NCBI RefSeq assembly: GCF_000400465.1
Contig: NW_008806294.1
Location: 148,780 to 180,779 of the forward strand
DNA length: 32,000 nucleotides
Reading direction: 5' to 3'
Source of the DNA: Wallemia ichthyophaga EXF-994
Taxonomy: Eukaryota > Fungi > Basidiomycota
Shown: positions 1 through 11,014 of the stretch, in pieces
How positions within the stretch are numbered: position 1 is the stretch's first letter
Layout of the letters: each line of letters starts with the position of its first letter
Position numbers and translations under genes: made by a program
The notes under the pieces: model-generated
The model's database searches: none
What the model was told of the DNA's origin: nothing
What the model saw: only the letters and a program-made list of their open reading frames with translations

Positions 1-575
1 TAGCGCGTCTTGCTCAGCGACCACTCCTCGCCTTTGGATTTAAGCAGCTCAGCGAAGCGGCCGGGTGTTGCGATGACCATGTGTGGTCTGCGCTGGAGCT
101 GCGTCGCTTGGTCGAGCAAATCCAACCCACCAACGACAACAGGCGCTTTGAGATTCATGTGTGCGCCAAGTGCGTGGAACTGGTCAGCTATCTGGAACGC
201 TAGCTCGCGTGTAGGCGTGAGGACTACAGCACAAATGCCGTACGGGTCAAGCGTGAGGTGCTGCAGTATAGGCAAACCAAAGGCAATGGTCTTGCCTGAG
301 CCGGTCTTTGCGCTCGCAATGCAGTCGCGCCCGGACATGATTTCATTCAAGCAGGCGTGTTGGATGGGAGTGGGAGTGTGGATGTTGAGCGTGTGCAGCG
401 CCTTGACTAACGATGGGTGTACGCCCATTTCCGTGAATGTCCGAGTGTCCCCTGTGGATTCTGCGGCCGTGGCTGGGACAGCGGGAGAAAGCGGGGCCTT
501 GGAAGTGGATGGCCTGCTAACACCACCAGCACTCCTACTCAACCCACTCCTCACGCTAATTTCCTCATTTTCCAT
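1..575 (-). CDS. DBP8: DEAD-box RNA helicase Dbp8/DDX49, 5' part; gene runs off the window start. Not in the supplied ORF track.
   Basis: Manual translation of the minus strand from ATG at 575 is open to position 1: MENEEISV...FTEMGVHPSLVKALHTLNIHTPTPIQHACLNEIMSGRDCIASAKTGSGKTIAFGLPILQHLTLDPYGICAVVLTPTRELAFQIADQFHALG...RPHMVIATPGRFAELL. Q motif, motif I (AKTGSGKT), Ia (PTRELA) and Ib (TPGR) are present. DPYGI..VVLTPTRELAFQIA.QF matches the Dbp8 subfamily. Confidence 0.9.
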   Translation of the reverse strand, partial: MENEEISVRSGLSRSAGGVSRPSTSKAPLSPAVPATAAESTGDTRTFTEMGVHPSLVKALHTLNIHTPTPIQHACLNEIMSGRDCIASAKTGSGKTIAFGLPILQHLTLDPYGICAVVLTPTRELAFQIADQFHALGAHMNLKAPVVVGGLDLLDQATQLQRRPHMVIATPGRFAELLKSKGEEWSLSKTR

Positions 576-657
576 ATTTTCACGTTGAGAAACGGGGAAA
601 AGAGAAGACGCACCTTCACCGCCAACGACAAAGCCAGATAAATATTGAATTATAAAA

Positions 658-1310
658 ATGCCGCCATCGCACGTGATAGGGAATGTGAGTGAGTTTGTGT
701 GCAGCCATCCACCACTCACACCCACCACAGACATCACTCGCCTTCTCGAGAGCGTGGCACTCGGTCGACGCAAAGGACCGCGTACTCGGCCGACTGGCTG
801 GCAGCATAGCCCACACGCTCATGGGCAAGCACAAGCCTGTGTACGATCCAGCAGGTGCGTTGGGGGCATCCGCCCGAGGAACCAGGCCACTCACTCACAC
901 TCACACTTCCAGCCGACTGCGGCGACTATGTCATCGTCAAGAACGCTACAAAGGTCCTCACCACCGGCAACAAAGCTGAACAGATGGTCTACCGCTCCCA
1001 CACGGCTTACGCTGGTGGTCTCAAGGAAATCAGCTTCAAGCGCATGTCTCAGAACAAACCAGACGAAATTATTCGCAAGGCTGTTAGAGGCATGCTGCCA
1101 AACAACCCCACGCGCAAATTCCTCTTAGACCGCCTGCTAATTTTCACCGGTGACGTCGTTCCCGATTCTGTGCAGGGGAATGTGTCAAAAGACTACACAG
1201 CAGGTGATACGCCTCAGGCGCAGGCCAGTCAAGGCTGGAAGGGCATTGGCGGTAGGAGAAGTAAGGAAGGTGGTCCTAGATGGCACAAGAGTAGTTATGG
1301 TAGGGCATAA
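658..1310 (+). CDS. MRPL23: Mitochondrial ribosomal protein uL13m, 182 aa; exons 658-684, 731-854, 913-1310
   Basis: Introns 685-730 (GTGAGT..CAG) and 855-912 (GTGCGT..CAG) join the ORF pieces into [62 protein letters not shown]...AVRGMLPNN. This is a bacterial-type L13 signature; spliced length 549 nt is divisible by 3. Confidence 0.93.
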
Positions 1311-1355
1311 TCAGCGTAAGCACACACGCTACATTGTACAGTATACATTCTCTAG

Positions 1356-2039
1356 ATGATCATTTTTTCACTCTCTATGGCCGACGTCGAAAGCGATCAC
1401 AGCGAGGACAGCCTTTTCGACGGGAGTGAGCTGCTTGACACTTGCACACACCTCCAAAACCTCCCAATCGTACACCAATTCCCTCCAATAAACATCCCAG
1501 GGCTGCACCTCGACCAAGAAGCTATTTCCCCCGAGACACAATCTCAAATTCTCTCACAGCTCTCTTTCGACCCACCCAGCGTAACACAGCATGTCATTTT
1601 TGGTACTCTGCCGCCTTTCTTGGGGTGTTTAGTGGAGCAGCTTAGAGTGCGAGCACAGAGCTACATATGCCTAAACACGCACACCAAGTTATTCAACCAA
1701 GTGGACAATCGGCAGTGCATAATTAATGTTTATGGCTACAACGAGTCACCTAGTGCTTATTACCTCCCTCAGCATACGGACCTTGAGTGCTTTGGCGAGG
1801 GCGTTATTATACTCAGTTTAGGCAGCAGTATTGCTATGAAGTTTGAGAGTCTTGCAGATGGTGCAAACGACTCTTTCGAACTCCTCCTCAGACCTGGCAG
1901 CGTCCTTTATTTGACAGACGACGCTCGCTATCGCTGGACACACGGCATTGCCCCACGCACAGTCGACAATGTCCATAATGTCGGCCTATTACAGCGAGGC
2001 GTTAGAGTTGGCGTAACGCTACGCTACTATAATGAGTGA
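1356..2039 (+). CDS. Stand-alone AlkB-family Fe(II)/2-oxoglutarate dioxygenase (ALKBH6/ALKBH8-AlkB-domain-like); start may be ATG 1377
   Basis: HxD motif (QHTD), SLGS, LxPGSVLYLTDDARYRWTHGI (distal His) and C-terminal RVGVTLR (RxxxxxR). No introns needed. Confidence 0.85.
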   Translation: MIIFSLSMADVESDHSEDSLFDGSELLDTCTHLQNLPIVHQFPPINIPGLHLDQEAISPETQSQILSQLSFDPPSVTQHVIFGTLPPFLGCLVEQLRVRAQSYICLNTHTKLFNQVDNRQCIINVYGYNESPSAYYLPQHTDLECFGEGVIILSLGSSIAMKFESLADGANDSFELLLRPGSVLYLTDDARYRWTHGIAPRTVDNVHNVGLLQRGVRVGVTLRYYNE

Positions 2040-2148
2040 AACAATCCATTTTATCAACAATTACAATCATGTATTATTTTATTTTATCATATGAAACTTT
2101 AAAAAATTGTATCAACTAGTAAAATCATCTATTCCATCATCCCTCCAT

Positions 2149-5100
2149 TTACTCCAATATAAGCGACAACAAGGCCATTCTCGCAAACAATCCATATCTC
2201 ATTTGACGGAAGTACGCAGCGCGGTTATCAAAGTCGAGATTTGGATCGATTTCCTGTAATCTTGGTAATGGATGCATGACGATGGTTGTAGGTTTAGCTC
2301 TATCCATCGTCGCATTGTCTAGTATATATGCATCCTTGACCGCTTCGAATTCGTGCACTGAGTTGAATCTCTCTTGTTGCACGCGCGTCATATAGATGAC
2401 ATCCGACTTGCCAATAACTTCGTCCAGGCGTGGTGTCTCAAAGTAGGTTACACCAGCCTTTCTACACTCCGCCTTTATGCTGTCTGGCATGTTGAGAGTG
2501 AGTGGTGAGACAAAGTTGAGGTGCACATTGTATAGGTTGAGCAATTTGACGAGCGAATGTACTGTTCTGCCATTCTTCAAATCACCTACCAATGTAATCG
2601 TAAGTCCGTTAACTGTACCAAGCTCCTCACTATATTATTGTCAGCTTGTCATCTTCTACGCACATCACCCCACACTCACCGGATTGTGTAGATATCCAAG
2701 AAGGCTTGTGTTGGGTGCTCACCCGTTCCATCGCCAGCATTGATAATTGGCACTGGTGAGAACTTGGATGCCGTCTGCACTGAGCCTGGCTGTGGATGCC
2801 TCATTACCACTCCATCAGCGTAACATCCAAGTGTTCTGATCGTATCAGCTAGGGACTCTCCTTTCGCAACCGACGACTTGTCCACTGGAATTGTCAATAC
2901 TGTACCACCGCATCTCTTCATTGCGGCGTCGAACGATGCTGATGTTCTGGTAGACGGTTCAAAGAACAAACTACACAGCACTCTACCCTTGAGTATGTCC
3001 GCACTACCATACTTCTCAACATGTGTTCTCAACTCTGAAGCAAGTGTAAAGAGCACGTGAAGATCATCCCTGCTAAACTGTTTAACAGAAAGTATGTGGC
3101 GTCTTCTAAACGCTGGGTGTGACTTAAGTGCTGTAAGGTTGCTCTTTCCAGTTGCAATTGAACCTATAAGACTGGTTGGGTGGGTTACCTCAGTTGGGCT
3201 GGCCGCTTCCATGCTTGTTGCCTTGGTTGGAGATGGCACACCAGTGATAGACTGTGTAGCTGGTCTTGTTTGCTGAGAGAAGGACGATCTCGCATTTCTC
3301 TGCTTCCTGATTGGTCCAGCCACCGTCAAATCTCTACCGGAAGACTTGGCGACGTTAACACCAGCCAATCTTACTGTCTTACCGTAGAACACAACTCTAT
3401 CAACCTGTCCCTTGACTGGCTTGCCGGAAAGTGGTGACCAAAGACCACTACCTACAGAGAATGTGGCTGGTCTGTCCATCTCCACCTCCACATATGTGCT
3501 TGGTTGATCTGGCAAGTCAAAGATTGTCTTTGGAGCGTCGTGGAAGCGCGAGATAATATCTTCAAGACTCAGCTTGTTCTCTGCAACAGCGCTGAGCAAC
3601 AATGAAACACTCTCAGCCATACCAGCTGATGCATTTGCCGCTTGCCCAACAGCCACAGCCAGCTCATGTGGTACTGTTCCAACACTGAACATGTCAATCT
3701 TGTCAAGATTGTCCCAGAGCGCTTGCTGATCAGACTTGGTTGGAAGAACAGTCGCAGCTGGATAATCTTCTCTTGAGAAGAAGAGCGAATAAACGGCGAC
3801 ATCACAAGTAACCTTTAAGTCTCTACCCTTGGACAAAGCGATCAAGCTGATGTCGTCACGGTTGCTTACGTTGGTGACGTGAATTGAACGGCCGTGAAGA
3901 GATGCCAACAGCAAGATACTTGCAAGATCAGTAGAACGTGCATCCGTAACGATTGGCTTGCCAGATGGCCATGAACCGAAGTGTGACGCGATAGTTGCAA
4001 CCTTGTTAACGTTACCAGAGAGCTTGTTAAATGGAACATAGAGTGATTGGACATCCTCTTCAATTGCATCCAACCCATCGACGTTATCAGGTGTAGCACT
4101 AACGCTGAGTACATAATCGCAGCGAGACTTTTGAGCGTTTGTGTACATAGTTTGAAGAGATTTGGCGTTTTCAACACCCATTGGAATCACTTGAGAGACA
4201 GTGAAACCTCCTTCAAGTGCCGCCAATGAAGCCTTCTCGAATGCATCTGAGTTTGGCTCAGCGATCTTGTCAGTATAGCCTTGAACGTTGATCAATCCAG
4301 GTAAGGTGAATGTGCGGTGCGACGTCTTGTAATCGACGCTGTCGACTTCAAGTGATGGCCTGCGAAGGATTGCCTCGATAAGTAACTTAGCGCACTTGAC
4401 ATTGGTGACAAGTGGAATAGCATAGTCAACTGCCATTCTACGAGATTGATAACCCTTACTCATGAAGCTTGCTGGACGACGATAGCGGTTCTTGGATGGC
4501 AAGTTGATGTAGAGGTCGATCAAGTTGTTTGCCAAGTGCTGAGTGAGTGAGTACTCAGACTTCTGAGAATCGGTCTCAGTGATGGCTTCGAGATACTTGA
4601 CTGGAATACCGTGCTCTTGGATAAAGTCTGCAGTACCAGAGGTGGCGAAGAGATTGTAGCCTTGACGGTTGAGATTTTGCACCACTGGCAACATCTCCAT
4701 CTTCTCCTTGTATGAACCGATAGAGAAGAGAATGTTTTTCTTTGGCATATGCATACCAGTCGCCATCAATGCCTTCACATAGGCTTCGTACTTGTCTCTA
4801 CCAAAGCAAGCAACTTCACCAGTAGAAGCCATCTCAACACCAAGAACTGGATCAGCACCAGATAATCTTGAGAATGAGAATTGAGGAACCTTAACACCAA
4901 CGTACTTTTCAGGAAGGTTGATTTCAGGGTAAGGTTTGAATGGGAAGTTGCACATTGCGTTAGTAGCCAACGCGATGGCGTCAACGTTGGTAACTTTGCT
5001 TACGAATGGGAAAGAACGAGCAGCACGCAAGTTGCATTCAATAACCTTGACTAAGAGCTGTGTGTTAGCAAAGCATTTCACTCCAAGCCATTTACCCACT

Positions 5101-8100
5101 CTCGTTGTTTTTGGCAATGAATTGGATGTTGTATGGACCGGTAACATTCAAAGCCTCACCAATCTTGGCAGTAGCTTCAACGATACGTCTGACAGTCTCT
5201 GGAGCGAGGTCTTGAGGTGGAAGAACAAGTGTAGCGTCACCAGAGTGAACACCAGCGTTCTCAATGTGCTCAGAGATGTAGTGCATAATCATCTTACCAT
5301 CCTTAGCGATAGCATCCATCTCAATCTCCTTGGCATCCTCAATAAACTTGGAAATGACAACTGGGTAGTCTTGGGAGACGGCGGTTGCTTGAGTGAGGTA
5401 GTTCTCAAGATCGTCTGGTGAGCTAACAACGTTCATAGCAGCACCAGAAAGCACGTAAGAAGGTCTAACAAGGACTGGGAAGCTGACCTTTTGACAGAAC
5501 TTGTAAGCTTCTTCAAAGCTAGACAACTCCTTCCATTGTGGCTGATCGACACCGATCTTGTCCAACATACGCGAGAACTTGTAACGGTTTTCTGCCGTAT
5601 CAATCATCTCTGGTGAAGTACCGTAGATATGCACGTTTTGACGATAGAGTGGCAACGCAATGTTATTTGGAGTCTGACCACCCATGGACAAGATGACACC
5701 AGTAGAACGCTCCGCGTCATAGATATCCAACACGGTCTCAAGAGAGATGTTCTCAAAGTAGAGCCTATCAGCCTCATCGTAATCGGTGGATACAGTCTCA
5801 GGGTTGTAGTTGATCATGACTGTCTTGGTACCTCTTGCTCTGAGTGTGCGAATGGTAGAGACGGCGCACCAATCAAATTCAACAGATGAACCGATTCTAT
5901 ACACACCTGAACCCAAAACAATAACACCCTTATCCTCAAATCCAATATCGCTAGCTGCAGCATTGTATGTGGTGTAGAGGTAGTTGGTGAATGCTGGGAA
6001 CTCGGCAGCGACGGTATCAATTTGCTTGACGTGTGGCACGATACCTGACTCCTGGCGAAGACGACGGACAGCGAGTTCGTTCGATCCCAAAAACTTGGCG
6101 AGTTGGCGGTCCGAGAAGCCCATTTGCTTAGACTGGCGGAGGAGTTGAGGGGTGACAGTGGTGGTGTTGTAGTCACTGACGAGTATTTTTCTTAGTTAGC
6201 TAGTCTAACCTACACGCAGCACCCAACTCACCTTAATATCTTCTCCTGCTCAATGAGATTCTTAAGACGGTTCAAGAACCATCTGTCGATGTTGGACATC
6301 TTGTGTATATCATCGATAGTGTATCCCCTAACGAAGGCGTTGGCGATGGCAAACACACGCCTGTCAGTTGGGTTGACCAACTCCTCGTCAATCTCTGCTT
6401 TCTCCATTACGAATGGGTTAGTACCGAACCCGAAGAATTGATCATCGATACACCTGATGGCCTTCTGCATGGTCTCTTCGAATGATCTACCGATAGCCAT
6501 AACCTCACCGACACTCTTCATAGAAGAGTTGAGCACCGTGTTAACTCTGTTGAATTTCTTGAGATCCCATCTTGGAATCTTAACAACACAGTAGTCGAGA
6601 GATGGCTCGAAGCATGCAGTGGTTGAGCGTGTTACTGAGTTTCTGATTTCGTTAAGTGGGATGTTCAAACCAAGCTTGGCAGCGGTGTAAGCGAGCGGGT
6701 AGCCAGTTGCCTTAGATGCGAGGGCAGATGAGCGCGAAAGACGAGCGTTGACTTCGATAATGCAGAATTCCTTGGAGTGTGGATTGAGGGCGTATTGAAT
6801 GTTACACTCACCTACAACACCCAAGTGTCTAATGACTTTGACAGCAGTTGAACGAAGTCTATTGTAGTCACTATCTGAAAGTGTCTGAGATGGAGCTACG
6901 ACAATTGAGTCACCAGTGTGTATACCAAGTGGATCAAAGTTCTCCATGTTACAGACAGTGATACAGTTATCACGGCAATCTCTGACAACTTCATACTCAA
7001 TCTCCTTCCAACCCTTCATACTCTTCTCAATCAAAACTTGTGGACTAGTGGCGAAAGCCTTATTGCAGAGCGCAGTAAGGGTTTCTTCGTCATCAGCGAA
7101 ACCTGATCCCAAACCACCGAGGGTGTACGCAGCTCTGGCAATGACAGGGTAACCGATTTGCTTTGCGGCAGTAAGGGCCTCTTCGAGATTATTTGCTGAT
7201 GCAGAAGGAGCGCAATGTTCACCAATATCCTCCATAGCTCTGGCGAAGAGTTCACGGTCTTCAGTCATCTCGATGGTGTGCACTGGAGTACCCAAGACCT
7301 TGACACCAAGAGATTCAAATTCATCCTTAAGCTTGCAACCAACATTGAGGGCTGTCTGACCACCAAAAGTAACGTAAATACCGTCAGGTCTCTCATACTT
7401 GATGATCTTGCGCACACTCTCGGGGTTAACTGGAAGGAAGTAGACTTTATCGGCGAGGCCAGATGTTTGAATGGTGGCAATGTTTGGATTGACAAGAACA
7501 GTGTAAATTCCCTCCTGTTTGAGAGCCTTGATTGCTTGACTACCAGAGTAATCGAATTCACCAGCTTGACCAATTGACAAACCACCAGAGCCAAGGACAA
7601 GGACCTTCTTGACATCAACGCGTGGGTGCTTGGCGGCATTTTCGGCGAGAGTACCACCTGGCAGGGTAATCTGCTTAGCGACACCAGTCTGGGCAAAGTC
7701 GACGACAGAGTTGATAAAGACGTCGAACAAGAACTCAGTGTCGCGAGGACCAGGAGTGGATTCTGGATGGAATTGGACAGAGAAGACTGGCTTGTCTTCC
7801 ATATAAGTACCCTCGTTTGAGCCATCGTTTGCATTAACGAAGAGCTCCTTAACGCCGCCTGGGAGAGACTCGGCATCGACAGCGTAACCATGGTTTTGTG
7901 AGGTGATGTAACATCTTCCTGATTGCATGTCCGTGCAAGGAATGTTAGCACCGCGGTTACCATACTTCATCTTCTTGGTTGTTGCGCCTGCAGCAAGGGA
8001 GAGAAGCTGATGACCAAGACAGATACCAAAGATAGGTGTTTTCACGTCCTCAATAGCCCTGCTAAGTCTGTTGATAACAGGGGTAACGGTAGCAGGATCA

Positions 8101-9147
8101 CCTGGACCGTTGGAGATGAATAAACCATCATAAGGCTCTTTCTCACTCAAGAAGTCGTAATCCCAAGGCACAAGTTTGACTTCAACGCCGCGGTTGTTGA
8201 AGCAGCGAATTTGGTTGTACTTGATACCTACATCGACGGTAAGAATTCTGATAGTGCGGTTCTCTTTTGGATGTTTAAGGGGCGTAGTGGTGGGTTTGAA
8301 GGTAAGTGGAGAAGGTGAAGAAACCTCAGCGACGAGGTTAGTGTTCCCATACTCAGCGAATGGAACGACCTGGAAGTCGTCCTTCCACGAGTCATTCGAA
8401 GCAGCTGAGCTAACGGAAACGGTAGAAACAGATCTAGATAAGCTGGCGTGTGGCTGGTTGATCAGCGGTCTTGCGCCTCTCTCGCCGGATTTTCTAGCGA
8501 GGATGCGACCAAGCATGACACCCTTCTCTCTGATCTTCTTTGTGAGATTTCTGGTGTCTACGCCGAAAATTGCAGGAATTCCCTGTTCCTGTAACCATTC
8601 GCCGAGGCTAGATTGAGCGAGGAAATGGGAGTAGTCAGGAGCGTATGTAGACACGACCAAACCAGCGACGTGGATCTTCCTCGACTCGAATTCTTCCGGG
8701 AGACTGAGAAGTTGGGAAGGATCAGCAGGGTTGTGCTCTGGGCGAGCAGGAACACCGTAGTTGCCGACGAGTGGGTAAGTGAGGACGAGAATTTGACCAG
8801 CGTATGAAGGATCAGTGAGAGACTCGGGATAACCCACCATACCTATATCGCCGTAAGAACACGAAAACGGCGATAAGAGGAAACAAACCAGTTTGGAAGA
8901 CACATTCGCCTGAAATGCTCTTTCCTTTGGCTCCAAACGCATAGCCAAAGTTAACGCTGCCGTCTTCCAATTCGAGGGCGGTGTCGGCGTCGTTCTCCAC
9001 GCCGGCTGGCTGCGCAGTGGCTGGGTGGAGAATGCCGTTGGTGTTTCTGCTCGGTGGCTGCTTAGCCAATGCGTGCGCAGCAGGTGGCTGCGATGGCGCT
9101 AATTCGAGTGGATTCGATGGTGGCGAGGGTGCACTAGCTCCAGACAT
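2149..9147 (-). CDS. URA2: Multifunctional pyrimidine synthesis protein (GATase-CPSase-pseudoDHOase-ATCase), 2265 aa; exons 9147-8889, 8842-6232, 6175-5100, 5050-2680, 2629-2149
   Basis: Five ORF pieces are joined by GT-AG introns of 46, 56, 49 and 50 nt, restoring FQTG|[18 protein letters not shown]|IKVIECN and DIYTIR|EELGTVNG. GATase ([19 protein letters not shown]), CPSase ([17 protein letters not shown]) and ATCase ([18 protein letters not shown]) motifs are present. Spliced length 6798 nt is divisible by 3. Confidence 0.97.
8846..8875 (-). promoter_or_regulatory. Perfect 9-bp inverted repeat (predicted RNA hairpin) inside URA2 intron 1
   Basis: Transcript sequence UAUCGCCGU-uuucguguucuu-ACGGCGAUA-uag|G. 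The stem (5 G-C pairs) ends 3 nt before the 3' splice junction. The repeat is seen directly; its function is inferred. Confidence 0.55.
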
Positions 9148-9405
9148 TTTAATATTTTAGTTTTTACAGCCAAAGACCTTATGTATGTGAGGTCTGCTTC
9201 GTAGCAGAGGAAAAAGAACCGCGGAGGAAGATTCTCCCAAGTCACCAACTCCGAAAAAAATTATAGATTATATAAAATTCGTATATTTATTACTTATCAC
9301 GTTGTACATTGACTATTCATTCATTTTTCTATACTTATTCCTTTTTTTTCTGTCCATTTCCGGCGAATGTTCGTTAGATTGTCTGCTTCGGCGAGAAGGG
9401 TGAAA

Positions 9406-11010
9406 TCAACGCAGAAGAAACCTTCTTCTCAGCTCATAGCCAAGTTTCATCCTTTCTAGTATTGCTGGTGGCAGTTCATCACCTCCACTACCCATCAGCA
9501 CTCCTTTGTTCTCTGATGCACGTCGAAGGAGGTACGGCAGCGCGTATTCCAGTTTCGCGAAGGGGAGGTATTTGAAAACCATAGGTGGTCCATCTGAAAG
9601 ACTTTGTGTAAGCTCGCTCGACAGTTTGTCTGCCATTCCTGTGCTGTGTTAGGTGTATTCTAAGTAAGGCACGCTGCAATTCCACCCACCGTAAAGCTGG
9701 CCGAAAGCGACCTGATCTCTGATCCGTGGTGCAGGGTCGACTTTGCCGTCGGGTTTGCGCGTAGCTAGTCTATGGTGCAATAGCAATTCGAGCACCTTAA
9801 ATGCACTGCTGTTGTTATGTGAGGCGAAGAGCACACCGAGTGATCCACCGGAAGACGACGCGAGCTGCTCGACGAGATATGCCGCCACATTATCGAAACA
9901 TTTACTAGTTTCCTCCTTGCTCCCCCATACAGGGGACGGTCCCTCCCCATTGAATTTCTCCCATCTGCTGTTCTCGTGGTCGACATACGCACCCCGCACT
10001 ATCTTGAATCCGAGACTATATCCTTTGTCGTGGGCACGCTGTAACGATGCCTTCACAAAGTCGTGCGAGCGTCGCAGAGAGCATTGGATGGTGTTGTATA
10101 CCACAGGCTGGACTGTCTGTGAAATGTTCTCCTTCCTGTCATAGTTGTACTCCTCAGCCAGCAGTGTAAACATGACATCAATAGCTGGTTGGAATTTTGC
10201 GTACTCGGCATCAATGAGAATTTTCACACCGTTGTCGTACGCACAACCACATATACTTCTCATTCTTCCATAGAGGCCTGAGAGTTGTTTGAGGTCATTT
10301 TGAGAGATTGTCGTGCTGTTTGTCTGCGTCTTTCCTAGCACCAACTGCATGTCCTGGTCGGACACGGCATCGACGGGCATTTGCGCCGGCTTGAGGTTGT
10401 TCCAACCGTGCAACTCATTGAGAGCGAGAGTGGCTCTCTCGAGAACATAAGGATCTGGAATAAGGCCTGATGGTTTCACAGCGACATACGTCTGACCTGC
10501 TCTTTTGTCGTTGATGTCTCGAAGACGTCTCTCGAAAGCTCCACACGCTTCGACGCCCTCAATGTTCTTCTTCAAGCTGTCATCGGCCGCCTGGAGCATT
10601 GCGTCGTAGGACTGCGACGGACTAATATCCGAAGCCTCCGCGGAGTAGTTGAGGATGACGCCCTGAGTATGCTGTCTGAGGGAGTCAATGACGCGCGTAT
10701 ACTCTTCGGGCGATTCGCCGCCGGTGAACTGTGCGAAGAAGGTACGCTTTACGATGAGCTTTGTGATCTGCCAGATGCCGGGGATGTGTGACGCATAGTG
10801 AATAAGTTCCGGTGCAGCATCGATGAGGGCTGGCGAGGAACAAAGCGAGTAAACGAGCCAGCCACGGAAGAGCTGGGTCGGTGGCAAATGACGTAGATCG
10901 TTATCTGCGAGATTGTCTGCACTGTTGAAATTGAATCGCTGATGTGTGTAGAGTGCACCTGATAGCGCAGTGGCTGTGAGAAGCGTACGGCTGCCACGGA
11001 GAATCCTCAT
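9406..11010 (-). CDS. PUT1: Proline dehydrogenase, mitochondrial, 517 aa; exons 11010-9690, 9638-9406
   Basis: Motifs LIDAE, KIVRGAY, FASHN, FGQLYG|MAD (51-nt intron 9689-9639), KYLPF and LPYLLRRASEN. ATG 11010 begins an Arg/Thr/Leu-rich presequence-like segment (MRILRGSRTLLTATALS). Confidence 0.92.
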
Positions 11011-11014
11011 GCTG

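Noticed and set aside
10-588. 192-aa plus-strand ORF
   Set aside because: Antisense shadow of DBP8, which occupies the minus strand with clear helicase motifs.
5051-5058. Tandem acceptors CAG/TAG 7 nt apart in URA2 intron 3
   Set aside because: The proximal CAG is very close to the GCTAAC branch site and gives a frameshift; only TAG restores NEIKVIECN.
4936-8807. Many 60-230 aa ORFs overlapping URA2 on either strand
   Set aside because: Shadow or alternate-frame ORFs of a long, codon-biased gene; no motifs recognised.
6228-8948. ORF-track start MAMRLEPKE... as a separate CPSase gene
   Set aside because: Artefact of reading through intron 1 in the downstream frame; the true start is 9147.
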